64,000 bases of DNA from positions 20,088,001 to 20,152,000 of the forward strand of contig OZ193909.1 of the NCBI GenBank assembly GCA_964276515.1, read 5' to 3'. The notes beneath the pieces were generated by a model, which did not search any database, was not told where the DNA came from, and worked only from the letters and a program-made list of their open reading frames with translations. This DNA comes from Gordius albopunctatus. Its lineage: Eukaryota. Shown here piece after piece: positions 1 to 13,000 of the stretch (its first letter is position 1; each line of letters begins with the position of its first letter). A program made the translations under genes and the position numbers.

Positions 1-112
1 CATTGGATGCTCCTCCATGAGGTAAATCAAATTGGACTAGAGTTTTTAAATAAAAAACTCCTAACATCAGCACTCTAGGGGTCACACAGACCCCGGTCAG
101 ACAGTTTCGGGG
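1..112. mobile_element. Right end of a piggyBac-like element (partial, runs off the window start)
   Basis: Ends ...TTTCGGGG|TTAA at 112-116, with a subterminal palindrome GGGGTCACACAGACCCC at ~77-94. A GGG-TTAA end is typical of piggyBac. Confidence 0.45.
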
Positions 113-889
113 TTAATATCTGATTGTATGCTAGGCGGATTTGAGTTTTTATTTTAAATTTTTTTTGGGTAACTTGAAAAAGTCCTTATTAAAACCAGGC
201 AAGGACACTTTTTATAAAGTCTCCTCTTTTGCACGAAGTGAAAGCCATTTAATCCGCAAACATAAAATAAATAATAAATTTGGGGTCGAGTTCACCAAAT
301 GTAATTATGCTCGCGGGAAATATGATTAATTACATTAATCAAATATATTTATAAATAATGAAACTTAAGGCTTTTAAATTGACTGATATTCGTATTGTAT
401 TCGTTTGTTTAGACGCGTTAAAATCTATATATCTAAAATGCCAAAAATAATTCAAAAACGAGGATTATAGAGCTGAAAGAAGATAAATTAGGATCATAGA
501 AAATCTAATTTAAAGGTTTACCTAAAAGATGTCAATGTAATTTAAGCCAAAATTTATTGTAGTCGGTCACTTATAACAAATGACTTTTTATAATAAAAAG
601 ATATTGCCACGAACCAGAAGCAAATTTTGTAGCGAGCTCCTCCACAAATGAAATATCATTTTAGACGGCTTAACGAGAAAATAGACTGCAAAATTTACCT
701 AGGTAATGCTATTGAGGCTATAAAGGTTAATACTTTAGTTATTTATAAAACTAACTTGGCAGGGACGGGATTAAAAAACTAATTTTATATCCACGGAACA
801 TATCTTGGGTTAGTAAAATACAGGGGCCTAGCCAGGGGGAGGCAAAGATAGGCGGCTGCCCCCCTCTAAATTCAAAAATACCTTTTAAA

Positions 890-1136
890 TCTTATATATA
901 AAAATGAAACTATGTGTGGTGTATGTGTGTGTGTATGCCGCCACCAATTTTGCAAAAGTACCACACCGATTTGGCTAAAATTTTCACACTTTATTCCCCA
1001 CACTTCGGAGCATGTTTTAAGATTTGTTTGAGCCAAATCGGTCCAGTAGTTTTTGAGTTTGTTTTATACGTTTTGACGTTTAATAAAATGTCAATCAAAC
1101 GCAACCTCATGACGTACTGCGTATCTTTCGGGCTAG
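890..1136 (+). mobile_element. Non-autonomous Helitron (~250 bp)
   Basis: Starts A|TCTTATATATAAAAATGAA, contains a (TG)n microsatellite and ends GGGCTAG|T. Insertion is between A and T with no TSD. Confidence 0.7.
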
Positions 1137-1879
1137 TTTATTAATTAGGATAAAGTATAATTACTTTATTGTATAATATAAATTAAATCGTTGTAAGAAA
1201 AGTAAGTGAGTAATAAGAGTTTTAAACTCCTTTTATATACTCGTGAATTAATTGAATAAATCAATCAAGTTTAGTGGTGTCTCCGCGAGGTATAAATAAA
1301 TCAATTACGCGAGGTATAAATAAATCAATTTAGTGGTGAATCCGCAAGGTATGCTTGATTGGTCGTGAAGTAGTAAGGTAATGTAAATGAGACAATTACG
1401 TTAATTGACGCAACACCTCCGCGAGGTATAGGACGCAACACCACATATCTATCGTGTTCTTTGAAAATTTGAATATACAGTTCTTTGGTAAAAGTGTATC
1501 ATCACTTATAGTATTTTCTAGACCGTCATGCGTGTAGGGGAGTGTAGTGTGATAAATGCAGTAGGCACGTGCTCCGGAAAATGGAAACTTTTTACAATTT
1601 GAAACATTAAATCAAAGTCATTTTTTTGCTTATTTTTCACTTCAATCATTATTATAGGACGGTCGTGTCCCCACGTGCGTGGCTAAATAAATAAAAAAAT
1701 CTCATTTTATCATTTTTTGCGCGTTAAATAAGGATAAAAATGAAAATACTTTCAACAAAGTGCCAATAAATGTTGATATATCTCAGTTCTTCGGACATTA
1801 TTAAGTTCAGAATTAAGAGTTTTATTCAGAAACGAATAATTATAATTGTTTCTTAATTTTTTTTCAATCAGAGTTTATT

Positions 1880-2185
1880 TCCAAATAATTATGTATGTTA
1901 TATGCAAAAATATATAAAATTAATAGGCTGGCATTGAGCCATGGATTGAGATTGTATTCGATTTTCATGGTGATTTTCTGCTTGATGTAGAAAAATTCTT
2001 TGGTATCGTGTGTGATGGAGATTATAAATTTTGATGTTTGTTTGAGCTAAATTACCGAGGGTCGTGGCTACTACTCGTACAAAAATAATATTGCTGAGAT
2101 ATTTGTATTTTTCCACTTTCTTTCTCTCAGTAGAAGAGATGAGGTCGAGAGAGGAGTTAGATTTGGCAAATATATCCACTGTAGT
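1880..2185 (-). mobile_element. CRE-clade non-LTR retrotransposon 3' fragment (C-terminus of the restriction-like endonuclease, REL)
   Basis: Translates to VDIFAKSN...ERKKVEKYKYLSNIIFVRVVATTLGN, then EFFYIKQKITMKI after a frameshift. Aligns by eye with the C-termini encoded at 34300-35223 and 46850-47024. Confidence 0.65.
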
Positions 2186-2411
2186 GAAGTCCCAGCAGGC
2201 GTTTAGGCCACGAGCCCACGGGATGATCGTTACACCGTCGGGTCTTTTACCGTCAGTGGAGAAAAATTTTAAAAAATTGCTTAAAGGGCCAGGAGGCCAA
2301 AGATTTTTCCCTTGGGGGGGGGGGGTATGGGGCGACCCTCTTTAACTATTTGTTTAAAAATTTTTGCATAATAAACATTTACCAATTAGAATATATTTGA
2401 TATATTCTTAA

Positions 2412-2578
2412 TCTATTATACGGAAATAGAACAATAGAAGTAGAACATATAGACAACATCAAACTTTATTTTTACTTCAATAACCGCTTTCTTTACCATC
2501 ATATATATGCCCTAAAATTTCAACATAATTTAATGCACCCGGGTAAATGGCAAAACAACGTTTGCCGGATTTATCTAG
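2412..2578 (+). mobile_element. Non-autonomous Helitron (~170 bp)
   Basis: 5' end A|TCTATTATA; subterminal hairpin GGCAAAACAACGTTTGCC; 3' end CTAG|T. Confidence 0.7.
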
Positions 2579-3365
2579 TTTAATATAATTATGGCTAATC
2601 AAATAATTATTATTTTGTCCCTCCCTATATCAGCCGCCGCTGCACGCCCTCCAAATATTCCACAAATTTTTTACTTAAACAAAAAATTGGTATTTTAATA
2701 GCAAAGTACAATTTTAAATCCCTGGCCGACAGCTGGCCACTTTTATTAGATGATACATGCGACGCTTTTTAATTATATATAATTTAAAGAAATTTTAGAT
2801 TTAAAGGGAGGCAGCCGCCCTTCCCTGCCCCCCCCCCCTGGCTCCGCCTATGAGTCTATCCCTTAAATGGGATTCTAGGATCATTTATATACCGAATAAA
2901 GCTTCATGCTCTGGAGCTTTCTAACTCAGCCCACTTAATCTCTGTGAACTTGGTAGACGACGCTGCCCAGTTTCAAAATATTTCACAAGCTGCCTTTTAT
3001 TAAAATAAAAAAGGTAGCACTCACAGCACTTGCTGATGCGACGATATACCTGTTATGCGTTTTTCTGTTAAGCGCTCCTCGTATTTTATATCTCTTCTTC
3101 GTTTAAATTACTTTTGGAAGTCGTAATGAAATAATAATAATAATTATTATTATCATCAAAAGAACTTAAAAATAAGCCTATCAAAATCGTGACGAATTTT
3201 TCTATACACATATTATAGATGTAGGGAGAGGAAACGCTGCCTATCTCCTCTTACTGTTTACATACCTAGTGACGCAGCGCAGCTACTGTAGCGTTGAATT
3301 CATCGTCGCGCAAAATGATTTTATTTATTGATAGAAGAGGGTGATGAAATGATTTTATAATTATA

Positions 3366-5900
3366 CTAGCTGTGCCCGGCCAAGCGTTGCTTTGGCTCAG
3401 TCCTTAAGTGGTTAAATAAGTATAACCTATTAATAAGACTTATCTAAAATGGGGTCATATATGAAATAATTTATAATGTGAAAGGTCCGAATGCTAACGC
3501 AAATAAATATCCATAATATTCATTTAAGAGCGATATAAAATATTTATTAATAATTCATAAGAGTATATAAGCATTAAAATATAAAAAGCTTATAATCATG
3601 TATGGGTAATAAAGAGCTGCATGAAGATTTTGGCTGAAAGTATAATGTAAAAAATGATGTAAATAGTAAAATAAAACCTGCAAGGGAAAGTTGATGGATA
3701 AAGAGTAAATCAATGATAGGTCTTATGAAGAATAAGGTAATACACGTACAGTATTATAGCTTCTTGTGAATGTCTCGTCAAATTTGGTTATAATACTCTG
3801 GCGTAATAAAAAGGGGATAAATGCTAAAAGAAATATAAAATCAATGGGCTTTGATGGTAATTGCTGAAAGTTATAAGTGGATAAATAGAAATGACACTAA
3901 CTTTAGAAAAGTAGTGAGGCGTTATAAAGAGGGTTGTAGGTTCGGGTAAGAGATGCTTCGCAGCTTAACTTCTGTCTTAGAAAGGAACAAATTGCTATAA
4001 TGCTTGGGGATAAACAATATTTTTGGTCATGTTATTTTCTGTGTATATATAGAGATTTAGTGGATTGCCGACGCGCGAACATGCAACATATAATTGTCCA
4101 TGTGAGAACAATCTGTTTCTAAATCGATTCCACAAATTTCAAGGGACTGGCCTTGAGCTTTGTTAATGGTTATAGCAAATGCGAGTTTGAAAGGAAATTG
4201 CAATCTTTTAAATTCAAAGGGCATATCTGTTGGAATTAAAGGGATCCGTGGTATGAAGACATCTTCTCCCGTGAAAGGTCCAGTCAAAATCGTGGCCTCA
4301 ACAACGTTGAATATTAAGCGTTTAATAGCAAGACGTGTGCCATTGCAAAGTTTTGGCTGATTAATATTGCGCAACATGATAATCGGTACCCCAATTTTCA
4401 AATGCAAAACGTGTGGTGGTATGCCTGGAAGATGTAGCGAATTTAAAAATTCGATCGGATAATTAACAGCGTCATCAGCACTAACAACAGTGTCAACCGA
4501 CTTGTAGGTGACAGGACTGCTGTGAATGGTAGACAGAATGAGATTGTTAAGTTCGTGGACGTTTTTATTCTTTGGGGCGAGAATTGCCCGTTGACGGAGC
4601 CAAATTGGATCTAGATAATGGGTGTTAATATTTGGAAAAACGTTTTCCACCAAAGCTGTTTTGGAAGGCACAAAATGGCAAATGTTGGTAGGAAATTAAA
4701 TCCCTCCTGAGTTTATATCAACGGGCACGGTTCCGTTTCCAATTTCTAGCAATTGATGGGAGAATAACTCACATGCTTGTTTATTTTGTAACACTACACG
4801 CATATTAGTAGTTAAATTTAAGGTTTTGACGTAAGGCCACAAAATAGAATATTTAAGGCAAGCATTGATCTCGTCAGCAGGGGTTAATCGAGGAAGCACT
4901 GGTAAAGTTTTCCTAAAATCTTCTGCAAGCAATAAAAATGCGCCACCAAAAGGTCTGGAATCGCGCCACAAATCTTGCAAAGAACGATCTAGAGCTTCGA
5001 AAGATTTTTTATTGGCCATTGTGCATTCATCCCACACGATAAGTTTGCACCTTTCTAATACTTTACCCATTCCAGATGCTCGTGAAACGTTGCACATGTG
5101 AGTTTCACTATAATGAATGTTTAAAGGCAATTTTAAAGCAGAATGTGCAGTTTTACCACCAGGCAACAATGTCGCAGCTATTCCGGAAGATGCAAGAGCC
5201 ACGGCTATTTCATTTTGGGATATTAAAAAGTTATAAATATGAAATTAGCATTTAAGATAGCATTGCATTGCCATTAAAATTTAATTATATTAAATATATG
5301 GATTTTAAATAGGATGAACTTAACTTATCCTGTCACAGATCACAAACGTGTGAATGTGCAAATGTTACTTTAATTGTATTAAATATATGGATTTCTGTCA
5401 CAGATCACAAACGTGGGAATGTGCAAATGTTACTTTGAACTTCGTATAAATGGAAAAAATCACGAAACGTGGGAATGTTACTGAAAGCGCGCGTTATATT
5501 TATTTAGGTATATGGTGATGTATTACGGTATCTAGAATATTTATTGGTTACAGATTTATATATTATAAAGAAAACGGGCGTAGTTGAGTAAAAAATTGAG
5601 ACACAAATGACAAAGCAATCATGGAAAAAAGTTTAAGGCAAAAAGTAGCACCATAACGATAAATAAGTACAAACAACGCAGTATAAATAATCCGCTAGAT
5701 GGCGCCAACCAAATTAAAAAACATGGTTCCCGCTGTCGTAGTGTGATAAAAAGTGTTTACAAACCATCTACAATGCTAAGGCAATAATCTGGCCAAATTT
5801 GGTGGCAATTGGTTGAGAACTTCAAAAGTTATTAGCGTACAAAAAAACGGGACTTTACTTACACCTTTACACTTTACAAATAAAGGTTTCTTAAATATAT
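3366..5900 (-). mobile_element. Internally deleted Helitron
   Basis: Minus-strand 3' end reads GCCAAAGCAACGCTTGGC (hairpin)-CGGGCACAG-CTAG|T at 3366. Contains a Pif1 helicase remnant and ~64-bp internal tandem repeats at 5280-5440. The 5' boundary is approximate, next to a MITE at ~5902. Confidence 0.75.
3995..5215 (-). pseudogene. Helitron RepHel Pif1-like helicase domain, frameshifted and lacking the Rep domain and Walker A
   Basis: ORF 4696-5202 has ASSGIAATLLPGGKTAHS, LIVWDECTM and a degraded EDFRKTLPV. ORF 4057-4671 has RAILAPKN, LRNINQPKLCNGTRL and RLQFPFKLAFAITINKAQGQS. The terminal LYVACSRV...KNIVYPQAL* is in another frame. Confidence 0.9.
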
Positions 5901-6486
5901 CCATAGGTGCAGCGGGGATTTGGTTTAGAGGGGGGGGTAATAATGATCTAGGGAGGGGAAAAATGATGATTTTATGAAATTTTAGCCATAAATACATTAA
6001 ATTTAAATGTTTTTTGGATTTAGAACCTTCTTCTGGCTAAGCCCATTACACTATTGAAAAATCCAATCATGTTTTTGTACAAAATTTTGTTTGTGCGGTT
6101 TATTAATAGGAGGATTAGTTAGTAAATATTTTTTATGATAAGAGAATGAGCAAAACGCTTATATTTGAATAAATTGTAATTACGTCTTGAAATGTTTTAA
6201 CGAAGACAGCTGAAGCATCGTCAATGCATTATTAAATTAAATATAGGGGCTTAGCCAGGATTGGTACTAGAGGGGAGGGGGCAATAATCCGTTATAAAAG
6301 GGCAAAATAATATATTTTCAAAATTTAAGTCATAATTATATGAAAATTGAAAGATTTCCAGATTTATAGGGGGCAGCTGCCCCTCCCCCTGGCTACGCCC
6401 ATGATAAATATACTACAAAACAGGATCCACTTGGGAAAATTTTTTTTGGCCACTCAAGGAGGCTAACCATAGTACAAAATAGTGTT

Positions 6487-6636
6487 CATAGGAGTAGCCA
6501 GCATAGGAATTTGATTTAGGGAGGGGCAAAATGACCATTTTTAAAATTTTTAGCCATAATTTTAATAATTAGCAACAGTTTTTTGGATTTAGAGGGGGGA
6601 AGCCGCCCCTGCCAGCCCCCCCCGGCTACACCTATG
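6487..6636. mobile_element. hAT-like MITE family 1 (TIR consensus CATGGGCGTAGCCAG), representative copy
   Basis: Has TIRs and an 8-bp TSD ATAGTGTT/GTAGTGTT. Related whole or partial copies at ~821, 2800, 5902, 6245-6403, 10260, 11586-11736, 17936, 18121, 19272, 21910, 23677, 29028-29187 and 38565-38729. Confidence 0.75.
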
Positions 6637-6858
6637 GTAGTGTTTGATTAGCGCTGTCCAAATAACAAGCTCTCTTGCAAGATAAGGCAAATATTTTACT
6701 CCTGCCTTGGGCGGATTTTGTTTTAGAGACGCATCTTATAAATTCAATATTTGATTAAATTTACCCTAGGTTTAGTAGGGATATTTTTCAAATGATTATT
6801 TTAGTAATTTTTAATAACGTAGCCCTCTCGCTTATCATTTTCTCTGTGCTAACTGCCA

Positions 6859-8361
6859 ATGTCTAGATTTTATGTAGTCGTAACTTTTTTAAGCATCGGA
6901 GCTTTGCTTATCATTAACGGTTACTTCAACAACTATTACAGTACCTTGGCTCACCTCAAGCACAATTACTACAGGACTGTAAGAATCCTAAATCCCAGCG
7001 CAGTCCAAGCCATCGAACCGAGCCCGGCTAATAACAGAAGTCTATCGGAACTTTCTTCCCCTCATCTCAATCAAACTTTGGAGCTTACAGTAACAGAGAG
7101 GAATGACCGTTTTTACACACTGAACCCGGCCAAACTGGATTCAAATGGTCAATCTACCGATACGATGAGTTTGTTCGGGAACGAATATTCTTACATTTAC
7201 AATCCTAGCAGCACGTGCCAAGTGTTGGCCCGAGGTGGAGAGTCTGAACAAGATTTAGGCCTCTACTTTCCGGAAAAAGCCTACGATCCAGCTGCCCAGG
7301 GGCCGGTTAAAATTTATTCCATGATTATAGGCATATTAACAGCCCCCACGGATTTCAGTTACAGGACTAATTTGAGAAAAACTTGGACAGCAACGTTTTC
7401 GGCACACATTAAGTCTGTTAGCATAGCACCGGAGCAACAAGCATTCAATTATGTGGTTACACGAGATGAAGAACGCAACGAAACAATCGTAGTTAAATTT
7501 AGGAGCGTTTTCTTGCTAGGATTGTACAGGAAAAGGCTGACAGTAAAGCCGAGTGTAAACTCCACTGAACCAGCGGAGGAACAGCTGTTAGACATTGAAA
7601 AGATGCGAGAAGTGCAAGAACTTATAGGTAACGAAACCGAAACGTACGGAGACATAGTACAGGTGAATTACTTTGAAAACTATCGCAACCTAACCTACAA
7701 AACAGGAACTCTCATGCATTGGACCAGTACCTATTGTCAAATGGTAGATTGGGTTTTAAAAGTGGACGGTGACATTTTCCCCCGTTTTGACGTTCTGTTT
7801 CAACGCATGAATATGGAGATAGCATCGCGAGTGGAACAGTCAAAATTAGGCGAAAATGGACAAACCCCTCCCGTGATGGTTGATGATAAGGTTGAAAATC
7901 CAACGATAGCTCTAACCACAACGGCTCAGGCAACAGACCAAAATAGGAATCTCTCACAAATATTAGCTGCTGAAATCGATAGGTTACCAGCTGAACAGAG
8001 ACGATTTTATTGTCACGTGGCTGGTCACATGTTAGTAGAACGTAATAATGCCTCTAAATACTTCTTGAGTCGTGAAGAATTCGGGCCCAACTATTTTCCC
8101 CCATTTTGTATGGGCCTTAGTTATTTGTTTAGTCCTGCCTTGGCGGGTAAGCTATACGCGGCGCATTGGGATTGCTTCGGACAATACCACAGAAATGAAG
8201 ATACTTTTTGGACTGGCATAGTTTCCCAATGCTTAAATGTTCGACACGTAGATATGGCTGCCATTTATAAGTACGAATGGGCAGATCAAAGTAAACCCTA
8301 CGCCTTTTCCATTACTCCCAACGCTAAAACGTTAAAAAAACTCGTTTTTAAATATCTTTAA
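6859..8361 (+). CDS. GT31 family beta-1,3-galactosyltransferase-like type II membrane protein, 500 aa, uninterrupted ORF
   Basis: N-terminal hydrophobic anchor followed by Galactosyl_T motifs: IGILT, R..LRKTW, FLLG, E...YGDIVQVNYFENYRNLTYKT, VLKVDGD (DxD), FPPFCMG..Y and NEDTFWTG. Confidence 0.9.
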   Translation: MSRFYVVVTFLSIGALLIINGYFNNYYSTLAHLKHNYYRTVRILNPSAVQAIEPSPANNRSLSELSSPHLNQTLELTVTERNDRFYTLNPAKLDSNGQSTDTMSLFGNEYSYIYNPSSTCQVLARGGESEQDLGLYFPEKAYDPAAQGPVKIYSMIIGILTAPTDFSYRTNLRKTWTATFSAHIKSVSIAPEQQAFNYVVTRDEERNETIVVKFRSVFLLGLYRKRLTVKPSVNSTEPAEEQLLDIEKMREVQELIGNETETYGDIVQVNYFENYRNLTYKTGTLMHWTSTYCQMVDWVLKVDGDIFPRFDVLFQRMNMEIASRVEQSKLGENGQTPPVMVDDKVENPTIALTTTAQATDQNRNLSQILAAEIDRLPAEQRRFYCHVAGHMLVERNNASKYFLSREEFGPNYFPPFCMGLSYLFSPALAGKLYAAHWDCFGQYHRNEDTFWTGIVSQCLNVRHVDMAAIYKYEWADQSKPYAFSITPNAKTLKKLVFKYL

Positions 8362-9281
8362 CCCGTCGTTATAAGTTATTATTTTTGATAGTCGTAAAAT
8401 ATTTGTAGCCATGTATTATAAGTATCGGGGAATTCTACTTTATATAAAGCTGGAAGAATAAACGGAATGATTTGTTACTGTCTAAGTCAATTTTAATTTA
8501 AGTTTTATTAAAATTTTGAATTTCCCCCTCCATAAATTTATAAGTTCATATGATTTTTATAGTTGTTTAGTTTCATTTAATAAAAAAATAGGAGTTAAAA
8601 CTTTTTTAAAAATATTTAACCATAGTCCTGAATCAAACTTGTATTAAAGAATTACATAGAATCGTATGATTTTAAAAAATATATAAAATGAGGGATTTGC
8701 CTTTCTCTGCCTTTACTTCTAGCTAGCCCATGCAAGGAGGGCGAAATGTCCCTCGCTCTATTCATAATTAAATGAATTCTCAATGATAATAATTTTGACT
8801 CCTATTGTCCGTCCCATATTTAACTCACCAAAAAACCTCTGGTCGGACCAAGCAAAACTCCGCCGTTTTTACAACACTAATTACAAGTTAGTATGTATTA
8901 GTGAAGTAACTAATTCCTAAAAACTTCAATTAACTCAACAGTAAAATGAAAATCGACACTGTACGCGAAAGGCAATATAATTTAGCGCAAACTTGAGATT
9001 AATTCTGTCCAATAGTGATCTTTAAGTTATGATATCGAGGTTAAGTAGATTACCGGTTACAATGAGACGATACATAAAACATAAATGATTAAATATCGTG
9101 CGTTTGCGAGAGCTAATGATAATAATTGTTAGGGGACGACGACGACATAGCACGTGAAATGAAGCGATTTAAAAGAGCAGACACTTGGACATAAAATTGG
9201 TTAGAGGCTGTAAAAAACATACGCGTCGTCTCGAGGGTGTCTCCCAATAAATAAGAGAGCAAGGTTTTTAGATTTTTATTC

Positions 9282-9303
9282 GAGAGAGAGAGAGAGAGAG
9301 AGG
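9282..9303. repeat. (GA)n microsatellite
   Basis: Perfect GA run between the convergent GT31 and intersectin 3' ends. Confidence 0.9.
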
Positions 9304-9740
9304 AAACGAAATCACACGTATTCTAAGTTTCGAGTTCAACAATTGATATGAGAAGGGATGAAACGTTCATTCTTTAAGGCTAATTGTAGAGTATTGATAA
9401 GCTTGGATTTCTCTTCTGAAACCTGAATATATTTTTTATTTAAAAAAGTAAAAAAGTTTACTGAGCCTTACAAATTATTAAAAAAATAGGGAAACAAATC
9501 TCTTTACTATCCCATGATAATCGGGAATCGTATTTTATAAGTCAGAAAATGGGCTTTACCGTCTGTCAATATAATTCAATAGCTGATTATTAACATTTTT
9601 TTATTTATTTAGCAAATCTTCACAAAATATGTATTTTATATTTAGTTCAATAAATACTTATTAAATCGCTAATTTCTAAATAAATTTACAAAAATAGTAA
9701 AAATGCAAACTTTTTAGGAAAGCAGGGACCATCTAAAAAT

Positions 9741-10046
9741 CTAAGCTATTGGGTTTGAGGGGTCGTAAGTGCTGATGACGGAAACGGGCGAGACGTAATT
9801 AGAAGGGAATAAACCGATTTGATTGGTCGAAGCCGAGCGGCCGGTCCACCAATTGGCGTCGTTCTTTTCTGTCACGTGAATGAGGTCGCCCTGTTTGAAA
9901 GAGAGGTCTCCATCGTGATTGGACGCGTAATCAAAAAGCGCTTTAACCGCGTACACGATTGGTTGTTGAGCCGGACTGTGGATAGCCGAAGGTGTCGTAC
10001 CTGATTGGTTCCCTCCGGATGGTTTGGCCCAGGCGCTACCGACTTT
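9741..10046 (-). CDS. ITSN: Intersectin terminal exon (SH3E)
   Basis: Encodes [21 protein letters not shown]...WWTG...GLFPSNYV then a stop; acceptor TTTAG at 10047. Confidence 0.92.
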   Translation of the reverse strand, partial: KVGSAWAKPSGGNQSGTTPSAIHSPAQQPIVYAVKALFDYASNHDGDLSFKQGDLIHVTEKNDANWWTGRSASTNQIGLFPSNYVSPVSVISTYDPSNPIA

Positions 10047-13000
10047 CTAAATTGCACAATTTGTAATTAATTTCACTAAAAGGATCATTATAATTCAAAC
10101 ACATAAGTGGAACCATTTTAATTTTTACATATCAGTATTTCTCCCATAAGAATTTGTTTTAGTGTTTTTTAAAGTATATAACTCAATGTGCCTTTTTACC
10201 GATGATATTAAAATTTTGATTACATATCCTTAATTCCAAGATTTATCGAAGTATACTATTCTTAGATGGGGGGGGGGGGGAAAGGATCGACTGCCCCCCC
10301 TCTAATTCCAAAAATTTGTTATAATTTATAAAAATCCCCCTCCAAAACCTTATTGCCCCCCCCTCTAATTCCGATGCTGGCTACTCCCGTGATTAGATGT
10401 GTAGATATAGATAGCTGTGGCGACTTACAAAATTTAATATTATTCCCTAAATGACTCAGATAAATTAAGCGTTAGGATAAAGTTAAGGAGAAACATAGGT
10501 AGTATACATATACTAATAATAATGGTTTACCCTTTCGGGATCGTTCAAAGAAGCCTTGACCGGTTTTACGTGAGAGCCCGGGAACCAACCTATTTGTTTT
10601 TTCGCACTTCCTTGCCCCACCTAAATGCAAATACAAAGTCCTCTTGCATCATCTTGCATCATCCCAATATATTTTTAATTTTACATATCTTTCATCAAAT
10701 AAATACGTCAAGGGAAAATATAAAAAAAACTTATCCCAACTTTTTCAACCCCCTATGGCTTCATGAATTCTTACATATTACACCATCATCCATCTCTCGC
10801 TATAAAGGGTCGGTCTACCGCCTTCCCAGTGAAATAATAATCTCCAAACCCATAGCCTTCAAACTCTTACAGAAGTTTGCATATTTGTGTACAAAAAACT
10901 ATTATACCTAGAGGATGTTTAAATATTAATGTTTTAAAAACGACTAGGTTTCGTTTGGTTGACTGCTCCAACAAGACTAAGAATTTACTCTAATCTCTTT
11001 TTCATATTTCGACTAAACCTAGAGGTCGACTTTAAAAAATCGAACAAAAAATTTTTGGTCTATTTATGTTGTTCACTAAACTATGAATTCATTCTCAAGT
11101 TTTTCATATTTCGACTAAATAATTATATTATACACGGCAAAATGAATTTTTTTCCACTAGCTAGGCACAAAAAAGTTGGGAAAACTTGAGAAATGTTTCA
11201 TTATAATCAATGCTTTCTTTACCTTGGGAACTATTTCGCCCTCCCACCATCCGGTCGGCGTTTTGCGCCTCACGGACAAGATCATGCCAGGGCTCAAAGA
11301 CATTTGTTCTGGCCCCGAGGCAATGAAAGGGGCGATGGCTATAACAGTCTCCATCGATCTCTTAGAATTACCACCCGATTTGTGACTCGCAGTCTCACTG
11401 ACAACACTACCCACGCTACCGGTCGAAGATTTGCGTTGATGCTGTTGTGTAAACTTCGGTTTCGAAATTGAAAAATAATAGACATGAAATTCAATCGATT
11501 TTATAGGATTTTACGAGGGATGCGAGAAGCGAGCTGCAAAAACAATGGTTAAAAATACGTTTCATAATGAATGGTAAAAAGGTTGCACGGGCGAAGCCAG
11601 CATTGGAAATATAGGGGGGGGGGGCAGAATGAGCATATTTTGAAATTTTAGCCATAATTTTTCATAAATTTCAATAATTTTTTGAATTTAGAAGGGACAG
11701 CCGCCCCTTCCTGCCCCCCCCCAGACTACGCTCATGAAGGATGCGATAAAATTTATCATTAAATACAACTCTGAAATGTACCTTTTCTATACCAGCCACG
11801 TTTATTTCCTTCGTGGTGCTCAAAGCAACTGGGCTATTACTAATCATAACAATAGTTTAGGCAATTTTTTAGGTGTTAATCGGTGTTGTAGGTAATAAAA
11901 TAAAATATAGGCCAGGCAAACGTATCAAATACATTATTGCTAAGTTAAAAAATCCTAATTTCGAGGGGGGCAGTTGGGAAAGGTGTAATGATTCGGACTT
12001 GGCAGGGCTGACACTTGAGGGTTCGGGCGGGCAATCTACCTAAAAAATGGGATTGCCGGGGTCGAAGAGAAAATTTTGAACAAATCTGACATCTGAGTTA
12101 TAATAGGGCAGGAGATTTGATGAAAATTGAGAAGAGGCATCTGCATACCTTTGCAAATTTCCTCTTTGTTATTGGGAAAAATTTCTGGCGCAACACGTAA
12201 TGTCGTAAAAACAGCTGGGTTGAGTTTGATCGACCTTTTGTTTTACCAAGACACACGGTCACTTCTGGTCTATTTTTCAAATTTAGACTAAGCCTAGTGG
12301 TCCTCGACTAAGAATTTGGTCGCTTTATGTTTATTGGGCTAGAACCAAAGGTGAAGCAAACGAAAACCAGTCGTTTTCTCCACCCATATACGCCCATGCT
12401 AATACCGCTATACAGTAAAGAAATACTCAAAATGCCTTATAACCGGCAAAAAGTCAATCGCTACTCTCGAAGTAATTAATTTTTTTCAAATTCAATACTT
12501 TTTGCGTATTCGTGAGCGGGGGTTGAGTTTGGGCGAGGTTGGCGGCCATTTTGGTGACGTAATTGCTGGGGAAAGTACCCTTTGCCCCTGTAGACAAAAG
12601 GGTTCCCGTCCACCAATCGGCGTTGGAGGAGTCACGTGCTTCCTCATCCTGGACCATAATGACGTCGCCGGGTTTGAAAACGAGGTCACCGACCTCATTC
12701 GAGGCGTAAGGATACACGGCCACGTATTTAGAGCCCACACCTGATAAAAATCCCATTTTTTGTTTGTTATAAACAGATATGTTTAACTGATAACAATTAA
12801 TAGTCTTTCATAAATAAAATGTTGATTAATTTTAAATGCAAACGATTAGAGTTGTTAAATTGCTAACTTTCTTCAAACTCCAGACGCGAGCACGCACACT
12901 GAGTTGCTTAATATGCGCGTTAGCACAATATGTGCTCGCTGTTCTGTGCATTGGGCACAACAGCAGCATATAAAAATGCTCGAGGACCGAGCAGAAACTC

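Noticed and set aside
4057..5202. Intact host PIF1 helicase gene
   Set aside because: It is frameshifted, lacks Walker A, has degraded motifs and is linked to a Helitron 3' end.
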